From assembly GCF_039654945.1 (NCBI RefSeq), contig NW_027361750.1, positions 12,028,001 to 12,092,000 on the forward strand: DNA of 64,000 nt. The letters run 5' to 3'. Below are positions 49,931-62,941 of this stretch, one piece after another; position 1 is the stretch's first letter, and the number at the start of each line of letters is the position of its first letter. This stretch comes from Dendrobates tinctorius (taxonomy: Eukaryota). The notes beneath the pieces were generated by a model. The model was not told the DNA's origin. It ran no database searches and saw only the letters and a list, made by a program, of their open reading frames with translations. The position numbers were made by a program, and so were the translations under genes.

Positions 49931-51994
49931 GTTAAGATTAAGGATGCCTAATAGTGATATATGTTATTCATAGACTGATAGGGGATGTGCTAAAAGGATT
50001 TATCATTTTTGTCATGATAGATCCTTTTGACTGATACTATTATAACCTAAGGGTCATGAACCCATTAAATATATACCTAATAGTGGCATCTGTCACCTAT
50101 AGATTAATATGGGACCTCTAAAAGTTATGTTATGATATGAGTTTGATTGTGTAAAGGGATATTCTCATGATGTTCAATGGGTAAAATTGGAAAGCCAATC
50201 AACTTTGCAATTTACAAAGATTCTATCCATTGTCAAGAACTCAGGGATTTTTCATTTTATTACTTGAGGTGCGTGACTTAGCCTACCAGCCATTGCTGCA
50301 GCAGCGGTGTCTAGCCTCCTTGGCCAGAGTGCAGTACATACAAGCTCTTTTACCTGATCACTGGATCTGGCTACCTTCAGTGCCACTGCACTCCTCCAAT
50401 GCTGCAAAGGCAAAGATGGCTATGCTTCTGCCAACCCATCAGGATCATGTCACCTCTTGGCAAGTAGGAAGCCAGTAGGCAGAGGAATGCGCTCCTGAAT
50501 AATGAAAATGAGACAACCCCTTAAGCAGATGCCAAAATAGCCTATACGTAACAGATGCCATTGTTAGGTATCCATTTCATGGATCACTCATCTGTTGGCT
50601 ATAATAACCTCAATGAACCTAAATAAAAATCTAGTGAAAGGCCCATGTCATATTAGTTACATGGATTCATGTGATGCATATCCGTCACCGTTGGATGTTT
50701 GCTTTTTTCTTTAACTGAACCCTGTGGGATGGAAATTTGTTGTTTGCCATGCTTTTTCATACATTTTTTGTCCTGTACTGATAAATTCTGCTCAAAAAAT
50801 AAAGGGAACACTATTCCATTTGCAACAGGCTGTTTGTGGTCCCTTTATTTCTTTGAGCAGTATATATGTCAGCCAGATAGAAATAGAGCCAATGGACAAG
50901 TATACAGTATGCTGTGTTAGTATGAGTGTAAAGGCTTGCACAACTAAGTAGAAACCTGTGCTCTGAAGGAAAAATAGTAATAATAGTTAGATTGAAAAAC
51001 CTTCAGTACTCGAAAAAAAAAATGATTTAGTAGAATGAGATGAATCCAAATGTAATTTATTAGCAAACTCAAGCCAACTAGTGAAGAACAGATGAAACAA
51101 AAAGGGTATATACATGCAATTAAATATAATGAAATGTGACATATACATCATGATGGTATCCACAAATGAAATATATTCATCATTCTAAAGTAATAAGAGA
51201 AAGAAGAGAGGAGAAGAAAAAGGGAAAAATGGAGGGGACTGTTCTGCCTTCCTCCACGTATGATGCTGTGTGGATTTCAGCATACAGCTAAACCTCATCC
51301 ACTTCCCCAGTAAACAGACTGTATGGATGTTTAAGTCTATATTTATTGAGGTGATGATGTGAACTTGGTAACAGTGAACGATGATGGTGGACAATAATAG
51401 TGGACAATAATGGACGATGTGGACAATAAGAGCGTGGACGATAACAGAGCGGTAAAAACTACAAGGAAATAACAGCGTATCAGTACTTGGCACATTACAG
51501 CATAATACAGGATGCAATAACATGAATAACAGGGACAATACAGAGATAGCACATAACACAGCATAACACAGAGATACAGCTAACATGGCTATCTAGAGCG
51601 AGATCAGGCTGCCAGCATTGTACTACTTATACAGACATGCATCTATCAGCATACAGAGAAAATAACAATAACTTGCTGGACAATAATGGGCAGAACAGGG
51701 ACAAAGGGAAGTGAGAGAGAAAGAAGGAAAAAATCTAAATAAAAGAAAGACAAAAGACAAAAGAAAAACTATAAGCATGGAATGAAAGAAGAAAAATAAA
51801 AGTTAAATGAAGACAAAGCTGTACACCACATTTTAATAGATTTGTACTTGATTAAGGAAATCTCAAACTGAAAGCTCATTTTCATGAGAAGTCGTTTGAT
51901 AAGATTTCTGTTACCTCTGATACAGTAGATGTGCTGAATGTGAAACATGATCAATTCAGGTAACATCAATTTGTTGTTGGGTACCCCGTAACTT

Positions 51995-52410
51995 TAATCC
52001 TACAAAAGCGAATCATCCAGTGGAAACGTACAGTTCATGCTAGACAGCCCAGGAATGTACAAGAACTAGAGGTTTTTTTGGCAAGAAGAGTAGACAGCTT
52101 TACCATCTGAGAAAATAAAGAACCTCATCTACAACTAGCACAAAAGACTTCAAGCTGTCATTGATGTTAGAGGGGGTAATACATAGTATTAAGAAATGGG
52201 GTATGTAAACTTTTGACCAGGGTCATTTGAATGTTTTGAGTTGTCATTATGATGTCAAAAGAAAAAACACAGTAGTTTGACAATAAATAGCTTCACCCAA
52301 CCACTAACCATAAGTGTAGAAAAAGTTTTGGTGTTTTCATTCGTTTTCTCTGAAAAAAGGCAGTGAAAGCAAAAATTCTGCCAGAGTATGTAAACTTTTG
52401 AACACAACTG
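51995..52410 (+). mobile_element. Tc1 3' fragment with right TIR
   Basis: gtatgtaaacttttgaacacaactg(ta) end; the same family's left TIR is at 62672. Confidence 0.75.
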
Positions 52411-52414
52411 TACA

Positions 52415-54003
52415 CAGCTCTGGAAAAAAATTAAGAGACCACTGCACAGTTTTATAAAAATCAGCTTCTCTATGTCTGACAGCCATTCCATTTCAGTGTC
52501 AGTTGAATTCCAACCAGAGTACACCTCATTCTACTTAATGTGCTTCTGATTAGGGGGTCACCTGAACCAAATCTTATTCATTGAAGGAAAGTATAAAAAA
52601 AAACTCTGCTGTGGAGTTCACAATCCTCTTGCAATAGGACAAGCTGGGTGGTAAAACAAGTGCTGGTAATATCCCAAAAGTAATAGGAATGAAAAAATAA
52701 CTTTTAACCATGCCAAAGGAGTTGAAAAGAAAAGTCTTGAGTGAGGAAAAGAAGGGCTAAATTCTGGCTTTATTAGCAGAGGGATACTGCAAGCATTATG
52801 TTGCCTCCACCCTTAAAATTTTTAAAATGGTAGTCCATTACAACAAGGTAAAGCAGCAGAAATTAGAGACAACAAAGCTACAGACTGGCAGAGGGTGAAA
52901 ACAACCGGGATGACCGTCATCTTATTCGAATGTCACTCAGCAACTGAAGGATGACATCAAGTGACCTACAAAAGGAAAGGTAAATGGCAGCTGGGGTGAA
53001 GTGCACAGCAAGAACAGTTAGTAATAGGCTCCTAGACGCAGGGCTCAAGTCATGTAAAGGTAGAAAAAAGCCTTTCATCAATGAGAAGCAAAGGAGAGCC
53101 AAGCTGAAGTTTGCCAAAGACCATAAGGATTGGACCATAGAGGACTGGAGTAAGGTAATCTTCTCTGATGAGTCTACATTTCAGCTTTGCCCAACACTTG
53201 GTCATCTAGTGGTTAGATGGAGACCTGGAGAGGCGTACAAGCCACAGTGTCTTGCACCTATTGTGAAATTTGGTGGAGGACCGGTGATGATCTGGGGATG
53301 CTTCAACAAGGTTGGAATTGGGCAGGTTAATCGTTTGTGAAGGACATATGAATCAAGCTGCATACAAGGTTATCCTGGAAAAACAGTTGATTGCTTCTGA
53401 GGACTGTTTTTTCCAGCAGGACATTGCACCATGCCACACAGCTAGGTCAATCAATGTGTGGATGAAGGACCACCACATCAAATCCCTGTCATGGCCAGCC
53501 CAAACTCCAGACCTGAACCCCATTGAAAACCTCTGGAATGTAATCAAGAGGAAGATGGATAGTCACAAGCCATCAAACAAAGAATAACTGCTTCATTTTT
53601 TCTACCAGTAGTAGCATAAGGTCACCCAAAAGCAGTGTGAAAGACTGGTGGAAAGCATGCCAAGACGCATGAAAGCTGTGATTAAAAATCATGGTTATTC
53701 CACAAACTATTGGTTTCTGAACTCTTCCTGAGTTAAAACATTAGTATTGTTGTTTCTAAATGATTATGAACTTGTTTTCTTAGCATTATTTGAGATGTAC
53801 AAGCACTGCATTTTTTTGTTATTTTGACCATTTCTCATTTTCTGAAAATAAATACTAAATTTAGTGCTTAGAAATTCGAAGACATGTTGTCAGTAGTTTA
53901 TAGAATAAGAGCAATTTATATTTTACTAAAAAATATACCTATAAAGAGAAAAATCAGACAAACTGAAAATTTTGCAGTGGTCTCTTAATGTTTGCCAGAG
54001 CTG
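52415..54003 (+). mobile_element. Tc1/mariner transposon with decayed transposase
   Basis: TIRs cagctctgg..aattaagagaccactgca and tgcagtggtctcttaa..ccagagctg(ta); ORFs 52984-53340 (FSDES, KFGGG) and 53312-53587 ([14 protein letters not shown]). Confidence 0.92.
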
Positions 54004-54127
54004 TATTTCTCTCTTACATAGAGATATCTAGGAAAAATTGAAACAGATTAGTAAAGGTTCTTTTCACATACAATATAACTGTAGTAAGATGGAACAAAAG
54101 GAACTTTTTATGATCACATGAAGCAAT

Positions 54128-54645
54128 TATCCCCCCTCTACTCCTCCTTGGTCAGGCCTCATCTGGAATACTGTGAGCAACTCTGGGTACCACATTTTAA
54201 AAAAGACATTGAAAAACTGGAGCAAGTTCAGAGAAAAGCTACCAGGACGGTGAGCGGACTACAAAGTAATGGTTAAAGGATCTGGGAATGTTTAGCTTGC
54301 AAGAAAAATCTAATAGGAGACTTTTTAGCTGTCTACAAATATCTGAAGGGATGTCACAGTGTAGAGGGATCATCCTTATTCTTATTTGCACATGGAAGCA
54401 CAAGAAGCAATGGAATGAAACTGAAAAGGAGAAGATATAGATTAAAAATTAGAGAAAACTTTTTGACAGTGAGGGTGATCAATGAGTGGAACAGGCTGCC
54501 ACGAGAGGTGGTAATTTCTCCTTCAATGGAAGTCTTCAGACAGAGGCTGGACAGACATCTGTCTGAGATGGTTTAGTGAATCCTGCATTGAGCTGGGGTT
54601 TGGACACCATGACCCTGGAGGTTCCTTCCATCTCTAACATTCTAT
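54128..54645 (+). mobile_element. CR1 LINE 3' fragment
   Basis: aggcctcatctggaatactgtg...tctaacattctat, matching the copy at 43.2-43.8 kb. Confidence 0.85.
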
Positions 54646-54649
54646 CTCA

Positions 54650-55800
54650 AAAACAACAAACACAGAATTATAAAACCAGTTGATAAAGGGAATCCATTGT
54701 AGTGATGAATAAGACCTATTACAGTATGTTATTACATTCCCAAGTAGATGATAGATGCACTTACATGCCAATCTCTAAAGCGCTGAGTCACAAATAACAG
54801 AAGAATCAAACTTTTTTAACATAAAAGTGTTAAAAAAGGAGTTATTCTTTTTTTTTTTCATTTCTTGACCAGCATGAATGCATTGGGACATATTCAACCC
54901 GATAGACTATTAGTGACAATGGACATGGGAGTGGGAGCACACAACCAGCGACGTATGCACTAGTCACTTTTGTAAGTATTTGCACATTTACTTCTTTTGC
55001 GGTTTTTGCAAATTTATTCTTTTGCACTTGGCACATATCATCTCTTCAGGTGCAATAATGCATTTTTCAGACTTCCTATAGATGTGTTGTTTTCATCTAT
55101 GACCATGTAAATATTTCTCTGGGCAATATGGTTTTGTGATCCACCATATAATGCACTTTGCAAAAAATTTTTCAGGGTGGTTTTTCATCCAGAACTTTGC
55201 GTTATATAGCACATGGTTCCACATATTGAACAATTATAGATGGTACATTTTTGTCATTTAATACTTTTTGTGCATACTTTTATTATTATTCTTGATACAT
55301 TGTGTCTCTTATTTGTGTACAGTATGCTCCATTTTTGTGTTCCATTGCGTGGATTTTTTAAATTTTTTTATATGTTCAAAATAAAGACTTGTTTCTTAAT
55401 TGACTTTTTTTGTGATATAACGTCTTTTTCCTCGGTTATATTCTGTGGTTGTGTATTTAATTCATTTTTGACGTTTTTGCAATACTTTGTTCAAATGAGA
55501 TTGTGGTGATTATTCTATATACCAGCATGACTCTGGAATCCTACGTGATTATATCATGTTTTCTTTTCACTTTGATAAGTTGTCTGATAATTATGAATAT
55601 TTCTCTAACATGTGTCTTATTTTTATTATTATTTATTTATTTATTAATTTTATTTATTTATTTATTTATTATTTATTTATTTATTATTTTTATTATTATT
55701 TATTGCTTTATGTATTATAAACTTTGTTCACATCTTCTTGAAAAAGGCTATATAGCTGAAATGTTACTTTGGGTTATTTATTTGTTCATCACTAGTTGGC
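54650..55800 (+). mobile_element. Old PLE relic
   Basis: attataaaaccagttgataaagg..attgtagtgatgaataag reads IIKPVDKG-IVVMNK; degenerate hammerhead-like motif near 55737. Confidence 0.5.
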
Positions 55801-56789
55801 TTGAGAATGTTAATAGATTACATTTGCATTCATCTCATCCTAGAACATGTAAATATGTCAGGAACTTTTCGGCATACACAGTATAACTTTCCAGCATACA
55901 CCCAAGATGCAAAAATGCAGTGTGAATTCAACCTAAGTTGTTTGCTCTGGAATGATAAAAATCCTATATTCTTCTGATCAGTACAACTACTACTAATCTC
56001 TAAACCTTATATAAATGAAAGTTCTCAAGGGGTTCTTTGGAGTTTGAAAAACATGTTTTCTTTCAGAAACAGTGTCAAACCTGTCCATAGGTTGTACAAG
56101 GCATTGCAGCTGCAATGGAATGTGACTAAGACTCAATAACACTTCCAACTTGTGGGCAGGTGTTGCACTCTGGAAAATAAGCCACCATGTGTTTTCTTGT
56201 AATCATGCACAGTGCTACTCTTTAGTTTTCAGCTTGCACAGAGGTGAAATTTGTATGTCCAAACTCCCCATTTTGGTCAAGAACGCATAGCTTTATAAAG
56301 ACGTAGAGAGGTATGGTGCTGCTGTAGAGGGCAGCCAGGGCTGTAGTCGTGGCTGAGTTCATCGGGTCTTGTGAGCCCTGGCCTTCCAATACATAAAAAT
56401 CACGCTCCATTGTCAGCTTACTTGCCTCTCTGTCTCCTGCGTCATCAGGGTCTGTTCTCCATTCTGTATGGTCGCCTCCGGCCACTTCTGAATAAACAGA
56501 GACACAGTCCAGGTTCAACTCAAAACGTAAATCTTTACTTTCATGACTTTGCACACATCCAGATTTATTACAACATTTTCGACAGCTTGTAAGTTACACG
56601 TTACTTCATCTTTCCCTGCACTCCTCTTCCCATCACACTGCATGTTCCTTGGTCAAACAGTTTCCAACGGCTCCTCAGCATCCTCCCTGGCCAGCCTCAC
56701 TGCATACGGGTGTTCCCTCAGCCGTTTTGCTTCGGTTCTGAGGGCATCAGCACAAGCAATGACATGCACCATGGTGATCGGCCTGCCAT

Positions 56790-57051
56790 GGTGGCAGTTA
56801 TTTTGGCTAAAGGTTGTGCAACCAAGTATTAGGCTGAGGGTGCCAATACTTTTGTCTTGCCCATTTTTGGAATTTTGTGTGAAACGATCAATGTTTTGCT
56901 TTTTGCTTCATTCTCTTATGTGTTTTTTCATTTAAGACAAATTAAATGAAGATAATAATACCAAAGAATTTTTGTTTGCAATCATTTTCAGGAAGAAACT
57001 GAGTATTATCTGACAGAATTGCAGGGGTGTCAATACTTTTTGCCACAACTG
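56790..57051 (+). mobile_element. Tc1 right TIR fragment
   Basis: Two gggtgYcaatactttt direct repeats ending in caactgta. Confidence 0.65.
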
Positions 57052-58699
57052 TACATCCCAAGCTGTTTCTGAAAACACTGATCATTTCTATATCAATTAA
57101 TTTTTAATCCTTTGATAATTTTGGGTGCTTTTTTAAAAAATAAAAAATGGATTTTTCAGTACAAGAAAAAAATAACTGTTTTTTCCCCATAAACAATGCC
57201 CCATTTGACAGTTTTTGATTCAAACCTGAGACTGAGCTGTTGTTCCAAACAGAGTTCTCAGATACTATTGGAGCTGTTCTTGTTAACTAAGCAGATCCTG
57301 TATTCATTCTGTTACTTTACACATGCAAAATATATTCCATATGATAAAGTTATTGTGTATCTTTTAAGTGTATATGTAAGGATATTGTCCAAAATCATGC
57401 CTTCAGTTGCCTAAATGTAGCTTCAATGATCATTATATTAAAAGAATTATAAGAAAAACAGGACAGCAACGGAAGAAAGGGTACAAAAGTGCTCTGATGA
57501 AGATTTTAATTAACTCATGAACTTTTAATTAAAACTATAATGTGTCGGGAAATGAATTATACCTGCGTTATAAAAGCTTAGTTTTATGCTTAATATTCTG
57601 TCTTATTTCTTTTATGGAAGTAAGACATTAAAATAAAAAATTATATGGCTACCACTGGCAGCGCTACTGCAGACAATTCAAAAGGATTGGACAACCTATT
57701 TCATACAATACATCTCTTTGGGATAAAGTTCTGTCCTAAAGTACAGCTCATCAGTTTCTAATGTTACTCACCTTAAAATGGTTTTGTGCAAAGTTTGAGA
57801 CCTAACATTTCAGAAATAACAATGATCTTAAAGAGATCAACTTGGGGCTATTGGGGTCAAACAGCTAATAGCTGTGTCACTTTGCTAAGAACTTTACACC
57901 TGCATTAGCCCAATTTTTTTTTTTTAAACCAACGAATTTTCACACTAACCAAGTTGTAGAGTATATGTGACAATCGTCAATTTTTGGAACAAAACTATTT
58001 TAACTGTACCAGGACAAGAGGTTTTTAAAAATTTTAACAAATTGTAATTTTACACAAAGCATGCAATGCTGTATTGATGAACCTGAGAAAATACTTTTGA
58101 ACTTTTTTTGAGTTTTTATATACCACTTAAATGTACCCAGGCACCATCCGCCCCAGAGCCTGGAAGAGGTCAGTTCTATAAAGTGATGATTTCTCGCAAC
58201 AACACAGCTGATATGAGACATACAGGAAGGAATGTTTTCTGCAGTATACTGTATAATGTGTATGGCCATATTAGTTTAGATAGGTCAGATGTAGTGACAG
58301 ATTCCCTTTAAATGCTTTTTTGCAGTGTTATATATCACCAAAATGTGACAAAAAGCACATAATACTCTATGGATGAGTAATCTATTCCAGAAATATTTTT
58401 CAATGCTTTTTGTAAGTTTTATACCGCCATAATTTAACAATAACTGTGTTAAACTGCATGGATTACTCATTGAATTCATAAAAAAAATTTGAACTTAATT
58501 ATTTTGAAAGTATACTTTATGTACTTATACACTCAGAAAGAATTTGCAGAAAGTGCAAAGACAGTAAAAAATTATACAGAGGGTCATCCATAGACCCCTT
58601 GAAAGGCAATTACTGGGCAAGAAACATTTTAAAGTGTAATTGCTGTATTCCTACACTCATAAAGGCTTTGCACTAAGTACAAAGCTAGTAAAAAATTGT

Positions 58700-59970
58700 A
58701 AACAGGGTAAGACAGTAATCCTCTTGAGGTGTCCGCTTCTTCTCCTTCCTCTTGAGGCTGTGGAGACTGCTTCCTGGAGCCTGATTCCCAGGTACCTGGG
58801 CTGTAAGTGACCCGGCATCAGGTAGTGCCAGTACCTCAACATATATAAATGGGCAACAGTCTCCTGTGTCACCTTCACCATCGGCTGATCAGGCATAGTA
58901 GATGGGGAACCCCAAGAACAGTACAATCTTTCAGAGGTGGTAATAGCCTCATCTCAAGCCACCTCAAACGGCCTCTCCCAGGCTGTTCATTCCTCAAGAA
59001 GGGTTCATTATGCTTTCTTACACCCACTGTATACAAGCGGTACATGACCCTAGTTCCAGGCGTCGGCTCTTGCAGCATTTGAGGCACGTGTTTCATATCT
59101 ACTGCCCGATGGTTGAAAGAGATGTGATGACAGGTCACAAACTCTTCAATGGATCCCCTTCTCCACTGACGGTCATAAGTAACTACCACCCACTGGATGA
59201 CAACTCTCGGTACCTTACCTCTAGCGGCCCCAATAACATTTGTGCAAACCTGGTCCTAGCTCACCTCCTTGTCATCTAGGCTCTGCAGTTCGCTCACCAG
59301 TTCCTGAATCCTAGCTTTCTCATCTGCAGTCTGCAAGAATCCCACCAGTAAAAGATGTGACCTGGGTATGGGCCTTGATAGGTCTGGAATATCGGCCAGA
59401 TCAGGCCACAGGCTCCTGCCACTCTTGCTGTTGTGCCAGCTTACTCTTGCTCCGATATTCCTTCAGTCACTCCCTCAGGAGTCTTGCGTGCTTCTGTCAG
59501 GGAGGATCAAGTGACCCTTCACGGTTGACCAAGTGATCTCCAAATTAATCCACAGGGTGTTGCTAGCAACTGAGAATGACCAGACAGAGATGAATCTCTG
59601 TATGGGAGAATGAAGGCAGATCGCTAACCCCGTTTATTGAGTCACACATTACATAGCATTCTGCTTAGTTGTGCAAAGTATACAGCAATAGCATCATAAC
59701 ACATTTACTTTATAACCAATAGTATTGCAAGAAAATCGGAAACTACTTTTATGTCCCTAGTTACGTGGCATAGAGAATAGAACAATAGCACATTCATCAG
59801 GGTCTCCTATCTTATATCTTGTTCAGACTGGAACAGTCTGGTTTTATTACAACCGTGAACTTTACCCTAGTTACAGAATTTATCTGGTAAACAACAAAAT
59901 GGCGTTACAAGCAAAAAAGTGGAGTCTTTGAGAACAAGATGTCCCGTACATCTGAATACTGTACATCACA
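58700..59970 (-). mobile_element. Possible ERV/LTR-element 5' fragment
   Basis: GC-richer decayed coding-like region next to an LTR-like segment with minus-strand AATAAA and a TGG-starting PBS-like site near 59530; no diagnostic domain. Confidence 0.3.
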
Positions 59971-60039
59971 CTTCTGCCATCTTTATCGCCCACTAAGCAT
60001 GTTACACTGTATAGATGACTAATTGAATACAGTAATACA

Positions 60040-61049
60040 TTTCAACACATTTTTGGAGTGTTATAAATCACAGAAATATACCCAAGACCATGTAATACTG
60101 TATGGTTGGGAAATGTAATACTACAACATTTTTAAACTCTTTTTCTCATTTTAGCGATCACAGAAATGTACCCCGATCATGTAATACTGTATAGCTGAGA
60201 AATGTAATCCTTTAAAATTTTTATATACTTTTACTCAGTTTTAGAGATCACAAAAATGTAACTAGACAACATAATACGGTCTGGCTGAGAACTGTAACCC
60301 TACAAAATTTTTAAATGCCTTTTCTCATTTTTATAGATCACAGAAATTTACTCCACACCGTGGAATAGAGAATGGGTGAGAAATTTAACCCAAGAAATGG
60401 TTTCAAGATTTTTGGGAGGACCTCAAAGAATGTATTACTTGATGGAGTAAAATATATTCCATTTTTTCAGTCCCCCCCAAAAAAATCTGCAGCTACCTAT
60501 TTGCCAACGGACTTCACAGTCCTAATCCCTGTCTACACTCTGCATTCTGTCACTCTCCATGCTCCTGTGACTATTTCTCCCTCACTAGGCTAAATGCAGA
60601 TTGTATGTGATACAAACAGCATACCAAGCAATAAGCTGTTAGAGGGGCTGTTAGCATGATGGCTCTGCTTCAGCACCAATATCAACACTACGGGCCTCTG
60701 ATTCGTTACACTGTAAACACACAGGCCTTGTCAAGCACTCTCTCCATCCAATACAAAGTGAAACAGAGCTGCGCAATGGTGTCAGTGTGCCAAGTCGAGC
60801 GATGCCTGTTCTTTTATAACCTCTGATGTTGCCACATGGCCAGCCAATCACCGTAATGCCACAACCAAGATGACTACGTCATTACAGTGACATGCAGGCA
60901 TGTTAATTGGCTGTGTAACAGGTGCCAAAGATGTGGGGATTCGTGTTTTACATAGAGCATTGCCAAATTCTTGCCAAGTAACAAGTACATCCGACCACCG
61001 TGATACTCGTGTGATAACTGAGTATCACCGAGCACGTTCGCTCATCCCT
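60040..61049. mobile_element. hAT-like element 3' part with tandem subrepeats
   Basis: gatcacagaaat...gtaatactgtat repeats at 60060-60400; terminus gttcgctcatcccta. Confidence 0.55.
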
Positions 61050-61132
61050 AGGGTTTAATAAATTTTCTGCAGCAATCAATTCAGACATATCTCTTAGAAA
61101 CAATAGAACAGTCAAGTCAACATATTTACCAA

Positions 61133-61462
61133 AATATTCAGAATTGAGAGTCCTTAGTGGTTGATACCTTTTAATGGTTAACTGAAAATATGGTAACATA
61201 TTGCAAGCTTTCGAGACTATTCAGTTCTCTTCATCAGGCATAGACTAATACAAAATCTGAAGTCACATATTTATGCATAAATATGTGACTTCAGATTTTG
61301 TATTAGTCTATGCCTGATGAAGAGACCCGAGTAGTCTCGAAAGCTTGCAATGTGTTACCATCTTTTCAGTTAGCCATTAAAAGGTATCAACCACTAAGGA
61401 CTCTCAATTCTGAATATTTTTCTATCTACTGGCTAACACGGTACAAAGATATACATCTTTCT
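61133..61462. mobile_element. Palindromic mini-PLE: two head-to-head pLTR ends of the PLE-2 family
   Basis: Symmetry centre in ttatg|cataa (61275/61276); 12-bp TSD catatttaccaa at 61121-61132 and 61463-61474; hammerheads at 61203-61239 (-) and 61312-61348 (+). Confidence 0.92.
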
Positions 61463-62068
61463 CATATTTACCAATGTTTTCTGTTAGCTTACCGATACCT
61501 GATATGATGGGGCTACCTGGAAGTGTATGAGTGCTTTTATGGACTTTGGGGAGTAGGTACAGCATCAGGATTCATTGATCCTTGATCATCAATAGCTCTC
61601 GTAATTTTCTTGTAATGAGATTCTTCTCATGGGCATTATTTTTCTCATTCTGTATGCGTTTATTGATAACGGATTTTTGTTTCCATTTCTGTTTCCCATT
61701 CTTGCCAAATCGAGTCTTAATCTGGTAATGAGAATATTGTGACGTATCTGAGGATTCTTCCTATGAAAAAGTTGATGAAATAGATGCAGATTGTTGGCTA
61801 TGATTTAAAGAGGGAGGAACACATCTTCATTTGTATACCTGCTTTTGTTGGTAATCCATACAGTCTCGTGGCAGTTTTCTTGCTTGTGTATCTTTGATTT
61901 TTGTTTCCCACTCCTCAGAACATTTATCCATGGAGATATTAAAGGACGAAAGACTGTCAGAGGTAGGAACGCTTTTAAAAGTTGTATATAGCTCGTCCAG
62001 TTCAGTTTCCAGTCAAGTCAATGATTTATGACTAAGTTCCATAAGCTGATTGGAGCTTTCAGTACATA

Positions 62069-62320
62069 CAGTGGTTGCGGAAAGTATTCAGACCACTTTA
62101 AATTTTTCACTCTTTGTTTCATTGCAGCTATTTGGTAAATTCGAAAAAGTTCATTTTTTTTCTCATTAATGTACGCTCTGCGCCCCATCTTGACTGAAAA
62201 AAAAGCAGAAATGCATAAATTTTTGCAAATTTATTAAAAACGAAAAACTGAAAATATCACATGGTTATAAGTATTCAGACCCTTTGCTCAGACACTCATA
62301 TTTAACTCACATGCTGTCCT
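62069..62320. mobile_element. Tc1 TIR fragment of the 26606-28230 family
   Basis: ta-cagtggttgcggaaagtattcagacc. Confidence 0.85.
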
Positions 62321-62671
62321 GTTCCACCAGATTTTAGTCCTCTTGTCTGTGTAATAAACGCCTAATTTTAAGTTGTAATGTTTGATGTCACGTGGATTAA
62401 GAATATAAAAATTTCCCTCATTCGTGTGCTGTATAGATCTTAGTTTAATCTAGTAGAACTTTGGTCCCATCTCTTGACTTATCGCCATATATTACCTGGC
62501 CACCATTTTGTACTGGTTTCATTCTTGTTTGTACGACTAAAAATGGACTTTTATATAGTTCGTTGTGAACATTTCCCTTTTATATGATCTCATTTACCGT
62601 AAATTATGTGTCTCAGTATGTCACCTGCCTTTACAGTTGCCAGACTTTCTAGGTTCGCCCAGGTGCACTTA

Positions 62672-62940
62672 CAGTTGTGCTCAAAAGTTTACATACCCCG
62701 GCAGAATTTTTGCTTTCTTGGCCTTTTCTCAGAGAATATGAATGATAACACCCAGTCTTTTTTCCACTCACGGTTAGTGGTTGGGTGGAGCCATTTATTG
62801 TCAAACTACTGTGTTTTCTCTTTTTAAATCATAATGACAACCCAAAACATCAAAATGACCCTGATCAAAAGTTCACATACCCTCGTGATTTTGGCCTGAT
62901 AATATGCATAGAAGTTGACATAAATTGGTTTGACTGGCTA
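62672..62940 (+). mobile_element. Tc1 left TIR fragment
   Basis: ta-cagttgtgctcaaaagtttacatac; reverse complement of 52200-52410. Confidence 0.8.
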
Positions 62941-62941
62941 C

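Larger units (their letters stand above)
61055..62380 (-). pseudogene. Old PLE relic (ORF1-type domain and RT pieces), interrupted by a mini-PLE and a Tc1 TIR
   Basis: Manual translation gives RKLPRDCMDYQQKQVYK (~61830-61885) and LYLLPKVHK...PGSPIISGIGKLTENIGKYVD, which reads across the 61133-61462 insertion. Confidence 0.75.

Noticed and set aside
55240-55886. Hydrophobic 89- and 127-aa ORFs as membrane proteins
   Set aside because: They arise from T-rich low-complexity and (TTTA)n sequence.
57490-57525. ctgatgaag as another hammerhead
   Set aside because: No stem II or GAAA follows.
52200-62890. Same-family Tc1 TIRs forming a 10-kb composite transposon
   Set aside because: A right TIR comes first and a left TIR second, so they are the outer ends of two separate copies and do not enclose the interval.
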